Part shown: positions 13,550 to 27,084 of the stretch, in pieces
How the letters are laid out: each line of letters begins with the position of its first letter
Position numbering within the stretch: the stretch's first letter is position 1
Position numbers and translations under genes: made by a program
Origin: Atractiella rhizophila
Lineage: Eukaryota
Assembly: GCA_021432655.1 (NCBI GenBank)
Contig: MU271321.1
Span: 1 to 64,000, forward strand
Direction of reading: 5' to 3'
Length of the DNA stretch: 64,000 nucleotides
Notes under the pieces: model-generated
Told to the model about the DNA's origin: nothing
The model's database searches: none
What the model saw: the letters and a program-made list of their open reading frames with translations, nothing else

Positions 13550-14165
13550 TACCACGAGTGTGTTCATCGCCCTTCCTCTGCATTTGCGACAAGAAGTTGA
13601 CTCGCCATCACAGGCGCCTGAAACTCTATTTGCTTGCTTCGATCTGTGGACAGGTAACGACCTAATGACTGAAACGGATTGGCTTTTCTACAGGATGCTA
13701 GATGTATTTATACGGGATAATATGGGGAAATTGTTTCAGTCAAGTTAGTCGACGCTAGTGAGCTGTGCCCTCTCAAACTGAAATAACGCTCCAGCTCTCC
13801 GCTCCTCGACACACTCGGTGAACTGTAGCTTTTTGGTTGTGAAGCAGGAATGGGAGTAATACAGCGCTGAAGAAGTAGTTTAATCGTCAAAGTAAGATAT
13901 TTGCAGAAAAAACGTCAGCAACTACATGTACAAGCATGAGAAAATATCGTCAGTAATGTCAAAGGAGTCGCTTTTACATCCACACTATGGTGAGAAAATG
14001 CGAAAGCAGAGACAGGCGCAGTGTTCAGCTGCCTAAACGATTGCATGCAACAACAAAGGCGATTTTAATTTGCTCTATCAAATGTCCACTAAAGTGAGTT
14101 GTCCATCCAAAAGCCCAGATATTAAAAAAGCAACACTTCTAACCGCGCTTTTCCATTCACAGCAA

Positions 14166-17100
14166 TCACGCTGCACCCGGCTGGCCACCTGGTTCGTACG
14201 GTGGCGCTGGACTCCACAGTGTCATGCTCCCCAAGGTTCCTTCACCCGCCAAACCCCTCACGATCCTCTCCCTTGTCCTCGGACTGATGGCTCGCAGGTG
14301 CTCTTCTTCCTCACTTCTTGCCCTATTCAACTGCTCAGGTGAAGTGATGATTTGGAGTTGTGATCGCGAGGAGTTGGCCGACGACGGGGTACTGCCAGGC
14401 TGCTGGGCGGGTTTAGTTTGAGTGGAAATCGGAGGGACTGAAGGATGATAAAAAGGTGATCGAAACTGTTCCTGGGCGGCGGAGTAACCGAAGTAGCCTC
14501 CTGGCGAGCTATCCTGTGAACTCGATGCAACATGCCGACGTTGCGACTCTAAGCTTCTCCTGACATTGGTGAAACCTTCAGGTGGGGTGGGCGGCTCTTC
14601 TCTTGCGGACAGGAGTGGATAGGACGGTTCCATGTCTGGAATGATCGCAGAATCGTACTGTGACGACGACCGATTCCGCCCTTCTTGCATCTCAGGAGGA
14701 AGTGACACGCGATCCTTGGCGTGGTAGAAGTGCGAGCGTGGGCGGGAACTCGAAGGCTGGGGATTGGAGCGTGAAACAGGAGGCGTCGGTGTTGATTTAG
14801 GAGGGAGGGAGTAGTATGAGAGTTGATCATATCGCGATCCAATTACTGGTGGTGGCGGGACTGAATTGTCCCTTGACGAAGGTCTCGAGTCCGAACCAGA
14901 TCGCTCGCGTGAACCATGGGGTGGACGCGACGATGCAGGTCGTGAGGATGAGGTTGATATATGACCTGGTGTGGCTGCAGTCGACTGTGACTGGCGATAA
15001 TGATTCGACTCCATGCTGATGGGAAATTTTGAGCCTGATGTTTTTGCAGGCACCACGCGAGGAGCCACTCTGGGGGTTGGAGCGAACAGAGGTGCAGTTG
15101 AGCTGTCTTGCCAGCTCCAACGAGGGTCCCTGCTGGAAGTGGGGAGCAGGGGGAGATCCATGGCAGTCATGACGCCATCTTCAGACCACTTCGCCTTCTT
15201 CGAATGTCCATAATCCAACTCTGCGTCATCCGCACCTTGGCTCGTCCTCCTATCTCCATGCATGATGTAGAAAGTCGTGGGCGTCGTCCCCGCGTCCTCA
15301 CTCGCCGCGCTGAAACTTCTATAGCTCCCCTTCCCACTAGATCCGGTGAAGGTTGAAAAGGCGCTCATGGCGCGATCATGCATTCCGCCCCACCCCATCT
15401 TCTCACCGCCACTTCTCGCAACCACAGTCCCGGGTTTTGGAGGGATGGGAGGTTCCACAGAGGTCGACAAAGACTGAAACCCTCGGCGATGCCGTTTAAG
15501 GATGAGCCAAGCAAGGAAAAGGACAAGAGCCAAAAGCGCCAGACCACCGATAATTCCTCCAATGATGGTTCCAGCTGAGGAACCTTTGGAGGTCTGAGAG
15601 GTTGACGCAGACGGATTTCCCGTCGGTACTAAACTTGCTGTAGACATCGTTCCGGTCGCTGATGGATCTGCCAAATTGGCAGTCAGGTCGGTGCATGAGA
15701 ACAGTCTGAGAGCCTACCGGATTTCATTTGTGTGTACACTATCTCGTTGAGCGCGAGATAGGGTCCACCGGTGAACCTCGTATCGGACTGGGAATTCGTT
15801 ACAGTTACAGAGTGCGTAGCATTGGGGAGATTGACAATCCAGAAGAGGACTTCGGACTCAGATTGGGTGGGATTGTACTGATCGAACTGATAGCTGCTCG
15901 AATCGACTTGGATAGTTGCGAGACCACGATCGTGTTTCTTCGAGGAGATGTAGTAAAGCGCTATTCCTGGGAATAGGTAAACGTCAGCCAGCCTCTTTAA
16001 TATCCAAGGCAGCCCGAGTGTGAAAGCCCTCGGAAGGAAACTGAATTGTCAGTCACTGCCTCCGCCGAAAACCCTGAGGTGGGCCGACTACGGAGCAAAT
16101 CCGAAGGGAGGGTAGGCGACGTTTGCCAGCATTTTCAATGGATGCCCCCCTACTGCTCAACGTCAAAAATGAGAGAAACGGCGACATTGAACTCATTTCG
16201 AGGACTCTAGAGTAAGGAAAGTGTCAAAGGGCGGGGTGGAGAACACCACGCATTTGAAAGAGCACGCTTACACGATCATAATATTGCTGAACTGCAGGTG
16301 ATTCGGCATCAAGCAACAAGGCGACAATGAAGATGAGTCAATGAGGCGGAGAAGCTGCCTCAGGCAACTTTCAAAATCTTTTGCTCAAATAGATGATATC
16401 GAGCTTAACGTTATTCCTGCATGGTCGGTTTCCTCACTTCCCATCTTCTCATCTCCAGCCGATACTGGATCGCGCCTCGACGTCGTAACAGTTATCCGTC
16501 TCGCCATTATTCAACATCAACTACCCCCAGGTGCATTTGTGAAAGAGGCAAATGGTGTGCTATTACACCGTAACGACCAAGTTTCCATCTAAGGACTTGT
16601 CTGGGAGACAGTTGCCGACGCCACTCCCAGCCTTCCCAGCATTCACATTGCTCCGTTGAGAGTTCATTGGAGGACAAATGCTGGTACACAGCGATTGGGG
16701 AGAAAGCAGACCCAGTCTAGCTCGTCCTTTTGCTGGACAGCGAGAAAGATGGTTTCCAAGCAAGCTCAATGCGCGGCGAGCCTCCACACCAGGTCTCAAA
16801 AGTCGGTCCTCCAACAAGAGGTCAATGAAATGGGTGTCAAGTCTCAGCACCTCACTCGAACCGAGAATCGCAGGAGAGCGAACCGAAGAATAACTTGCAA
16901 CAGTTCTAGGCAATAAGCGAATCTTCATGCTGACTCCAGAAACAAGAGGCACTTTACTCTGGCAATCTGAAAGGATAACGGTTGATGAACTTGGTGTCGG
17001 AAGTCTCCACCCGGAACAACAGAAAACCAAGATTCACACAGTAATCGAATCGAATAGAATCGAATCGCAGAATCGAATCGAATTTGGAACGATCCCAAAC

Positions 17101-18044
17101 GGAAACTTGTGGGACGCTCCACAACACTAAGGGAATCACAAAGCTTGAGTGAAAACCGTTGGAGCATGATTAATTCGACCGAGTCCATACTCATCATCAT
17201 CCCTGGCCACTCTCCACTCAGAAGCAGGACTCAAAGGAGCTCCAAGTGTGAGGTGTAACAGAAGAGACAAAGACAAGAATGACAGCCCAATCCCTCGCTC
17301 TCTGTTGCATCCATATTCCTGCACGTCCGTCTGGAGCACCTCTCTAGAGTGTAGGGAGCAGGAGCAGATGAACCTAAACCGCGCCAATAGCAAAGAGAAA
17401 GACGCGGCTTGGGTTACTATAAAGCCGACGGAGTGCGATGGACATGCGAGAACCAGTGAGGGTTCGCCGGTCTTCAGATGAGCATGACGCGGACATGGAC
17501 AAGAGGATGGGTTGCGCATGACAGTGCTAGTATAATGAAGGCGCTGCTGCGTCTGTTGTCGTCGGGATGGGAGGGTCAGGATGAGCTTGGCTCTCGCGTC
17601 ACCCTCACCCTCCGTTCACCCTCTCCAACAGTCATAGAATCAAGAATAGAATTGACAACGAGGCTTTCACGGAGCCCTCACGCATGCACATCCAAACTCC
17701 AAACATGGGAGATTGTTGAAAGCCCTCCGTGAATTGTAAGGACTCTGAGAACGAAAGGATATGTACTGTATCGAAGAGAAGAGACAAAAATTGCCAGTGA
17801 TGAATAGAACTGGGACTCTGAGAAGGAAAGAAAGGACATGTCAAGCAGAAAACGTACCCGTGAACTCGAACGTGAGCACCCCCATGGCCTCCCCAGTGTA
17901 AGCGACTTGCGTTCCATTCTCCGTGATGGTCGTCCAGCCGCTCGTTGGCGCGTAAGTGAGGGAAGGGTCTGATGGGGAGAGGGTGGTGTTGAATATGGTC
18001 TGTGCGATGGCGTTTGAGCAGAGGAGCAGGAGGAGGAGGGACAT
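14166..18044 (-). CDS. single-pass type I membrane protein (signal peptide, beta-rich ectodomain, Ser/Thr stalk, TM, long disordered tail), Mid2-like architecture
   Basis: Exon 1 (17858-18044) MSLLLLLLCSNAIAQ...TFEFT joins in frame to GIALYYIS...HSVTVTN...LALNEIVYT (from 15966) across intron 15967-17857. A short intron follows, then the exon with TM IIGGIIGGLALLALVLFLAWLIL-KRHRR and a C-terminal PPYE. Confidence 0.75.
17041..17083. repeat. (GAATC)n imperfect pentanucleotide microsatellite inside the long intron
   Basis: gtaatcgaatcgaatagaatcgaatcgcagaatcgaatcgaat. Confidence 0.8.
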
Positions 18045-19970
18045 GATTCGTTAGCGAGTGCACGTGATAGCGTTAGTTGGCAGTAGATACCTCTGGAGGT
18101 CTACAGGCAGCACTGGAGGAGAGAGGGAAGGGAGAGGGAAGGGAAGGAGGAGAGGGGATGAAGATGGTGGTTGGATGGATAATGAAGGACTGAACTGCGC
18201 TGTTGTTGGAAGGCGATGCTCCTGGATTAGACGGGTCAACGGTGTTCGTCCACGTTCACCCACGTCTGTACATTCAATCTTAATTAGTTTTCTTGTTGTA
18301 TTCTCGTACTCTTTTCAATCTCTCTAATTACTATTGAAGGCAATGATTTGTTTTCTGATAGTGTAGGCGATGGTGTGAAGCAGCAGACGAAATGAGACAA
18401 AGAGAGGGAATGGTGCCTTCGAAACAGGACGGTAGTGCCTGTATGCTCAGCACGACGGACACGCGAACACGCCAATGTTCTGCGGACTCCGAATCAAGGT
18501 GGAGGTGGTGTTTGTCGGATTGAGGAATCAAGACTGGCAAGTGAAGACACATGGAGCATCCTCTGTGTGGATCTTGTTGGAATGGGAATGGGATGAATTG
18601 GAGCGGAACTGGGGGAAGAAGTAGGAGCTGACGGAAGGAGACTGTGAGCTGTTCCACCTCACCAGAATGAGATGTGGGGGATGAAGGGTCCGGTTCTTCG
18701 ATTGATTGTGGACATGTAGTCATAGCCTCATGACAATGTTATTCATTGCTACCCATCCAACTCAAGGTGTGGTTGGTGCAGGGCCATAAATCTTTCTCAC
18801 CATCGCCGTATGCTGGTGTGCGGAAACTTATCGCACTCTTTTATATGCGTTTGCTTCAGACTGCTTCATGCAAATCATCTTGTGCTTCCATTCTGAGTCT
18901 GTTGTTGGCGGGATCTCAAAAGGAACAGAACAAGTCGCTCCTCCGCTGCTGAATTTCTACCGTAGGGAGGAACATACGCCGGGCAAACCCGTCTTTCGTC
19001 TTTGGACGGGAACGGAAACCCACGTTAAAATCGTCACCTTCCTTCGACTTGGGACTACACCCTCCAATCCTGAGAGAGCACATCTTGAGTCCTTTCGTTT
19101 TGCTTCCGCCCTTACGTCCTGTAATTCAGGCGACGTCGCTCCGAGATCGCAAAAAGCAGAGAATAACAAGCGCTGTCAAATACCTGTGTGGCACAGTGTG
19201 GATTTATGGAGTGCCTCGAACTAGGGGCATTGAACGAATTGTTATAGGGTTGCTCTACTGAATATGCGGAAGCGAATCGTTATATCCATGTCCAGGATTG
19301 ATGGAACTGCCTTGGAAAGCGTGACTAGTGGTAGATAAATGATCCCCTGCTATCTCAAACAGCCAGCATCGGCAACCAACACCACCAGTATCTTGTGAGC
19401 GTGGGCAGTCTATTAGTAACAGGCACGCGATGGTTGTGTTTCCTCTGGCGCAAGTGAATCGAAGGTGCCTCCAGGCGCAACGACTGAACGAATGAACGTT
19501 TATCTCGTCTATGATACCATCTTTTGCTCAAATTTGGTTCTTGGGGCGATCTTACCTTCAATGAATTTGCCACTAAACGACATTTGCCCTGAGTCACACG
19601 ACGGGCTCGCCAATTCATTGCAATTGATACTGCCCATCGATAGATCACTTTCGAAGTAGAAGTTGGGAGACAGCCCAGGAGAGTTTAAAGATAGGCACCG
19701 ATGTCTCAACCATGCCTAACTACTCTGGGTCCTCACAGAAGTGTACGGCTCCTGATTCTCTCAGCAAGCCTTTCTCATGAAACTGCCTAGCGCCGTCCAT
19801 CCGAGAAGCTCTCCATTCCAAAACGTAACCGTCTCTTTCCGCGCGCCCCTAAACAGTCCAAGCTGGCAACCGAATCTATATACACATTCTCTTACGAACA
19901 ATTCATTCTGCCCCGTGAGCTCCTCACAGGTTTGGTCTCTTCATCTCGCTGAAGCCTGGCGTCAGTAGAG

Positions 19971-21693
19971 ATGGTTCGAAGGCCTCGTCGAGCCGTGGGG
20001 AAACGGAGGCGTGATTTGATCCTTGTCTGTGGTTTTCTCGCCTTCTCACCCTGTCTCAGACAAAGAGTTATAGGTGGTGCAACAACGAGTGCTCGATTCG
20101 ACAGCACTAGTTCACCTCATCACCCCAGCATATGACACTACTGCCCTCCAGCTCTCCATTCTCCCCTCTTTCCTATCTCGCTTATCTCCGTTAATTCACG
20201 CACTGCAGATCTCTTTTATCTTACCTCGTGGATTCAGAGAGTGGCGTCATAACCGTGTGTCCTCCAAATTGTCCTATTTCGCACTTGACTGTCTTGAAAC
20301 TGGAGCCCGAACCCACCACGGTATAGCCAATCTTTGTGTCACCTTGGACTGGAAATGTGCCGCTGTAACCTTTGGGGAAGGCGAAGGGCGTGCACCAGAC
20401 GATTTTCAGTATCAGTCAGAACCTTTCACTCTCACGTTTCCTCTCCGTCCAGACAATCACTCACATGCTATCTTCGCCCCTATCGCATTCTACTCCACTG
20501 TTGAACGACGCTTCGTCCCACTCAATGATGGCACACCATCGTCTCGCCCACCTCACTACCAAGGAGCTGCGACCATCCAACTCTCACTCTCCTCAACTCC
20601 AGCTCCATGCTTTATCTCCCGGCTGCCTGTCGAGCTGCTGTCACTTGTCTTCAGTTACTTCAATCCTCCTGGCGAATGCTACGAGCTCTCCGACGTGTGC
20701 TGGATTTGGAGGGCAGTTTCAGCTCCTTATTGGGATGAACCGGATTCCGCGAAAGTGATGCATTCTCGCTTGAAACGGTATCCTGGCGCTGGACGCCTTA
20801 GGAGAAAGATATGGTTTCCTGAGGGTATCACCATTAGAATGGTGAAAGAAGTCATCGCAGGCTCCCCAAATGTAACATCGGTGCGCCTGGATGCATTTTG
20901 GGGTGAGGAGGAGTCAAAGGTGGTACTGAGTGCAATTGAAGGCTTGGAACGGTTGGAAGAGGTATCCTTTGAAAACAAAGGCTCGAGAAAGTGGAAGAAA
21001 GAAGAAGTGGAGAACTTTACGCGGAGGATGGGTGTGAGGATTAGAAATCTCAGAGTGGAGGACTGTTCCTCCTCCTCCCCAGCGCATTCAGCATTATCAG
21101 GCCTTCAATTATCTCCTGGATTAATATCCTTGACTCTTCGAAGGTACCCACCTCTTCAATCCCTCTCCCTCCCACACACCCTGCTGAACCTGACGCTCTC
21201 CCATCTGTGTCCCCTCCCTCCTTCGATCTCAACGTCGCGTCTCCCACCGCTTCTCCAAAATCTCAAAATCGAGCTCGCGTCCTTCTCGTCTGATGGACCT
21301 ACCTCTATCCAGACGGCGCCGCTTGACCTATCGCACCTCAAAAATCTCACCAGTCTTTGGATCGATGGTGGAGAGGAAACTTCAAACCTGGTTTGTAGCC
21401 AGTTCTTCCAAACTCTCACAAATGCAACGTTAATGTATTACATACATCTTGCGTACTGTATATTGGACTCTTCAGACTTCCCAGAATTTGTCCGCTGGTT
21501 CTTTGCGGATCGCAAGGACGGGAATACGGCCGAAGTTGAGGAGATTCAAACCAGACGGTATTTATACGTTCTTTTGTTTTTCGGAGCATGGCACGATGAG
21601 GAAATTGAAATCGCCAGAAGGGCAATAAAGGAGTGTACTGGGGACGCCGGGAACGCTGGACTTTGGCAGTCGGGTGAGGAGCCGTCTACATAG
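19971..21693 (+). CDS. F-box/LRR-like protein, family copy 1 (apparently intact)
   Basis: Shared N-domain ALVHLITP..LQLSILPSFLS..KLSYF..GIANL; F-box ISRLPVELLSLVF..LSDVCWIWRAVS; Leu-rich repeats; DGGEETSNLV. 5' exon at 19971 is inferred. Confidence 0.75.
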
Positions 21694-21767
21694 GGGTATT
21701 GAATGGACACCCCAAAAGATAGGCGAGGAAAATCAGATCTTAGATGGGATGCGTTAATTGACGACTG

Positions 21768-21803
21768 ACGAAACCGCCGACGAGAACGAAACCGCCGACG
21801 AGA
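21768..21803. repeat. 18-bp tandem duplication
   Basis: acgaaaccgccgacgaga x2. Confidence 0.85.
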
Positions 21804-22445
21804 CGACGGAAATGTAGACGCTAGTCACCAGTGGATTTGTGACCTTGGATGATGCTCATGCGCCGACCAACGTTCATCAATTGCACAAACCGAACTTCAA
21901 TATGGCTCGTATATCGAGAAAGTTCGCCTTCAAGTTAGAAGAAGCCCTGGCCAATCGCTGGCTTACTCTCATGATATCCCCATAACCTTGCCCCACTATC
22001 CTATAATCCTTACCCTAAGCAACAGATCTCGAGATGCACTGGCCAATTCCTCAACCCAATTCGTCAGGTTAGCCTTTTGTCCACCATCTGGGTCAAAGAT
22101 TGAATCGAGAGAGACTCAATTAAACAGCACCTGCTAAATCGTGGGAAAGGGCAATGCTTTCGAAAGATGTGTCCTTGTGCTAGCGTAAGAAGCCAATGCA
22201 TAATGATATGCTGCTATTTCTACAAACACTTGGCTGTGCATTTGATGAATGAGCTGCTGTGCCTTTCGCTGAATAAGCTTCCAACATCCGTTTGTACCTC
22301 CAACAGCTCTCAATGATCTCGTTATCTAGCCAGCTTTAATCGCCGACGGCAACAGCAGCCCGTCGCTCAATCTATCGAGATCATCAGTCTCTCTATTCTA
22401 CACAGTTTTTTCCTCCACCAACGTGATTTCTGCATCATGCGGAGA

Positions 22446-24332
22446 ATGGTCAGGATGAGGATGGCTGCAGAAGACGACGAACCGCAGGTGATTTGATCGC
22501 TATCGTCTTCAAGTTTTTCTTGTTACGATGTGACGTTGATACATGTGTTACAGTCTGCAATATTGTCTCAGGACATGACCGAGCAGCGAACATCTATCTT
22601 CGGCCAGGATTCTCAGGAAATGCATTCAATGGCACTTGTCCATCTCATCACCCCATCACTTTTGAGCAGCTCGCTCCAGCTGTCCATTCTTCCGTCTTTC
22701 CTATCTAGCCTCCCTCCGCCAATCCACACATTAAGTCTCACATTTATTGTACCTCTTGAACTCAAGGATGAGTTTCCTGCGGAAGTGACCTCGAAATTGT
22801 CCTATTTCTCTCTCGAATACCTCCAAAATGGATGAGTAAACGATGGTGTAGCGAATCTTTGGGTCACCATCGACCATAACGATGTTACGGTAACTTTTGA
22901 GGAGCACAAACGCGGTACAGCTGTCGATTCAAACAATTTCGCTGAATCTTTCACTCGCACGTTTTCTCTCCTTCCAGAACATCGTTCTAAGGCCATCTTC
23001 GCCACTGTCGTCGCTTTGCACTCTCACTTGGATTTTCATCCTGACCACCATCGGACCTCCGTCCCAATCAGTGATGACGAATCATGGTCTGCCCCTCCCA
23101 ATGCAGCGACAATCATCCAACTTTCCAACTCCTCCACGCCAGAGTTGATTCCATGCCCTATCTCACTTCTACCAATCGAGGTACTCTCTCGCATCTTCCA
23201 TCATTACAAATTCGACGACTACTACGACGAAGACGCAGAAGACTTGACAGATTCAAAGTTCTCTGAAGTCTGCCAGCTCTGGAGGCGAGTTTCGGTGCCA
23301 TTTTTGCCAGAACCTTCTCTTATTAATAAAAAACATGCCCTCTTGAAACTCTATCCCGATGCGGGACGGTTATGGAGGGATCTGTGGGTTGACAAGCATG
23401 TCAGCTTTCGCATAATGAAACGGGTCATCATGGGCTCGCCGAATGTTAGGAATGTGAGACTGTGCCACTTTTGGAATGAAGACGAAGCGGAGATATTACT
23501 TAACGCAATAGCAGAGTTGACAGGTCTGGAGGCTGTCAGCTTTTATGGCAAAGGTTCCAGAAAATGGAAGAAGGTGGAGGTGGAGACTTTCACGTGGAGG
23601 ATGAGTCGGAGCATCCAACTGCTTACAGCTCATGACGTGGAAGACTCTTCCCCTTGCTACTCAGCCTCTTCGGCATCTGAGAGCCTTCTCTTACCTCCTC
23701 GCTTAACTGGCTTGGATCTTCGGAGGTACCCACCACTCCCATTGCTCTCCCTCCCACGTACACTGCGGCAGCTGATTCTCAGAGACTTGTGTTCCCTCCC
23801 TCCCTCCATTCCAAGCTCTCCCCTACCCCCCTTTCTAGACACCCTCCACATAAAGCTCGCACCGTCCGATGTTGATGGAAAGGTCTCTACCCTTCCTACG
23901 CCGCTCGACTTGTCACACCTCACACGCTTGACCTCTCTCTACCTCGACGGAGGCGATGAAACCTCAAACCTCGTTTCCCGCCAGTTCTTCGGCACTCTCA
24001 AGAATGCAAAGGCTATGAGAAGTATAAAGCTTGCTTACTGTATGGTTGATTCACTCGGTTTCCCAGAATTCGTCCGCTGGTTCTTTCTCATTGAGGAGAT
24101 GACGAGAACCAGAAAAGGGAATACGACCGAGCAGGATGTATCTGACGAGGAGGAGAACAGGACGAGGGGAGACTTTTTACAAGTGTTTTTATTTTTTGGG
24201 GACTGGCACGAGGGGGAGATCGGGAGTGCTAGGCGGACGATGAGAGAGTGTGCGATGAGGAAGTTTGAAAAAGGAGCCGTGGGGGTCTGGGATGAGTTTG
24301 ATGAGGAACCTTCCGACATATATCCACTCTAA
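22446..24332 (+). pseudogene. F-box/LRR-like family copy 2 with one in-frame TGA (22833-22835)
   Basis: Colinear with copy 1. LQNG*VNDGVANL continues in the same frame into the 438-aa ORF (F-box ISLLPIEVLSRIF..SEVCQLWRRVS). Confidence 0.7.
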
Positions 24333-25025
24333 TATCTACACACCATCGGACTTGCCTTCAATGAAGGATATTGGGAGGGCTCCAATAGCTGATGGTAAGT
24401 TCTGGACGTTGCAAAAAGGCGCTTACAGGCTGGAATACCAGATTTTAAGGAGCGGGGAGTGATCTGAGACTCTACTGCAAAAGCGAGTTCCTTTAGCTCG
24501 ACTAGAGCGAGAACTAAGAGGCTCAATCAATCAATGAGAGCTTAAACGAAAAGGAGAGACAGGAACCAGGTTTTGCTAGCCACACTGAAGTGTAGGGCCA
24601 CTTTTCAAGCTATTTGGTCTCAGAATAAAGACAATGGATCTTACAGGGGCGCTTCTACGGCCCGGGGAACTTACCTTGATTCTTACCGTGCTTTCTGCTG
24701 TGAGTGTGAAGTAAGATGATGAGGAATAAGATGAATTTATATTAACAAGTGAGGCCTCTTTTATAGGCCAATGAATCGGATAAAAGATCAAACAACATCG
24801 CGGGAAAACCCGTAATACATAAGTGGTTAGAAATATAGAATAGTCTGAAAGCATGGAACGAAGAGGAAGCTGAAGGGAATCAAACGAAGCTCACCAGGGG
24901 ATCGACGGATCTTGCCTTCCAGCTTCTGGATAAGGCTAAGATACCATGTGATTATCTTCCCTTCTTCTCCCAATCGATTGTACGTGCTTGGAGCCGACAG
25001 GAGAGGTGTAGAGAGACGGGGGAGT

Positions 25026-25129
25026 TGTGAGGTATACAGTGGTCAATATCACTTCCGAGTTAGGCAGGAGCCGCTTCCAGAATAGGAAGGTATTGCCGCA
25101 TGTGAGCGGGTTGACCATTGTATCTTACA
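25026..25129. repeat. 104-bp TG..CA segment with ~20-bp imperfect terminal inverted repeats (MITE- or hairpin-like)
   Basis: tgtgaggtatacagtggtcaa ... ttgaccattgtatcttaca, with AGT on both flanks. Confidence 0.5.
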
Positions 25130-25449
25130 AGTGATGCCAGCGAGGAAGGAGAGGGAGGGCTTAGGGTTAGGAAGTTCAGAGAGTAGATAGGGCTTGAGTG
25201 GCCCTGGGGTAGAGGTAGGGTGGGCAGGGGAGGAGAAGTGAAGGGAGGCGGTCGCTCCCTGTGACTGAACGTTTGATTGAGTGAGAGGGGTGCTTCATTG
25301 TTGTCGTTTGTTTGATGTCTGGAAGAGACGCTAATGGTGACGGACGAGGATAGATGCAAGCTGTTTTGTAGTACAGAGCGATAAGTATACAGTGCAAACA
25401 CGGGAGAGCGTCATACCTAAGTCACCTTCCATGCTGATGGATTCAATTA

Positions 25450-26723
25450 ATGATAGCGAACGATTTGTACGCTCGAAAAGCGGGCAATCATTTCTTCAAA
25501 GGCTTCACGCGTCATCGAACTCAAACGATCGACATCATTCATGATGCTCTGTACCCTGAATGGTGCGGTGGCATTTGCACCAAGATACAACAGATGTAAG
25601 CCTTTAGGCTTCACAACCCTCTCAACTCTGAGCGAGCCAAGCATGATCGACATTATCCTCAGATTCATGATTCCATAGGCTCCGAATGATATCCGTAAGA
25701 ATATCATGTCCATTATCGAGTGTATTAACGGGATCCCTCCCACTTTGCTCAAGTGGCAAAAATTGGAGAAGCGCGGTCAAGGAGGTGGTGAGAAGCGGTG
25801 ACGTGACAACGAGAATCCAAAGTAGGAAGGGTCTGGAGGGGTTTGATCCGGGTTCTCACCCGGCTGGAAGTTTCAGAGACTTGTTTTCAACAATGGCCCT
25901 TCGTTCAAAAGGGGTGACGCAAAGAGATTGGGAGTGACTCCAGAAGAAGCAGAGAAATCGAGCTTACTAAGGTGGAAGGAGACAGTGGAACTACTTTGTC
26001 TTCCACCAAGCAGGGAGAATCTTCAATTCCTCTCCCTTGTCAATCCGTGGTACTGGATCATACAGCAACCTTTTCGACAGGATATATCAACATCCAGAAT
26101 AGACTGCCGCTTGCCTTCCTAGTTCTGAATTCGCACATCAAAACCTTCAACTTTCCCAAGCCTCTTTCTCCTGACTCCTCTTAAAAATTCCGCCTCTGAG
26201 GATTCTGGCTCTTGGAGATATTTACGCTTCATGGGATATGATTGACGGGTTGCACACTCTTAAGATGACCGCTGCTGATCACGACAAGCCGACGTCCAGG
26301 CAATTGGGCTACGCCTATGAAGCTATTTTAACCTCCTCCCTCGCGGCTAATTCGATTCAGACGCTGTGCCTTGTAGCTTGCGCCTCTATTGCAGACCGAA
26401 TGCATTTTCTCCCTGGCGATTTATACACTCCTCTCACCTCCAACCTCAGAAGTGCTACATTCATCAATATGTCGACAAAAGCAGCTACCATTATTTCGCA
26501 TGCTCAAAAGTCGAAGGATCTCGTCTATGTGATCTACGGAGCGAATGCTCCTTTCAATCGCATCAAAGTAATTCCTACGGACTCATCCATCGAAAGGATT
26601 TGGGGTCGTTACAATGAACAAAACAACCGACAGAGGGTGTTGAAATTTACAAATTGCCTTGAAATTGATAGTAAGCTGAATTCTAAAGGAGTTTTTAAAC
26701 ACACCTCAAGTTCATCAGATTAA
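25450..26723 (+). pseudogene. degenerate, unassigned coding relic (possibly LRR/F-box-like)
   Basis: Protein-like stretches broken by stops and frameshifts, ending in the 161-aa ORF 26238-26723; no firm motif. Confidence 0.3.
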
Positions 26724-27084
26724 CTTTCTTGAAGTGTGTTGAGGCGGCCCTCCACTAATGATACAGAGGCACTAAAATGAAACTGTAAGTTATAGTTCTC
26801 AACCATAGCTTTGCCATCTAGCTGTGGTGTCGACCTTGCTTCATTAGCTTGATGTTCGGCAGAACACTTACTTCCACTTCCATGCTCTTGCATCCACTTT
26901 GTACCCCCACGATTTGCTCAGTGTGGAACGAAGCACATTGCAACTTCAGGTCTGGGTAACAAGGATACACATTTTAATACTCTTTGGGATACTGAACATA
27001 TACCTACTGCTCTTCTTCATCGAACTCGTCGCTGATACAGTCTAGATGCTTTCTGATCCCTGAGTGCTTCCTTTATTGGTTGTC

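Noticed and set aside
22833..22835. In-frame TGA as selenocysteine or programmed readthrough
   Set aside because: Paralogs have no Cys or stop at this position and no SECIS was seen; a nonsense mutation is simpler.
25161..25170. CTAACCCTAA on the minus strand, a possible telomerase RNA template, with a U-rich/A-rich pairing at ~24765-24790
   Set aside because: A 10-mer can occur by chance in C/T-rich DNA, and similar motifs lie at 29831, 36308 and 46173. No convincing template-boundary helix was found, and the A-rich tract reads equally well as a TATAAAAG box. Conservation in related species would be needed.
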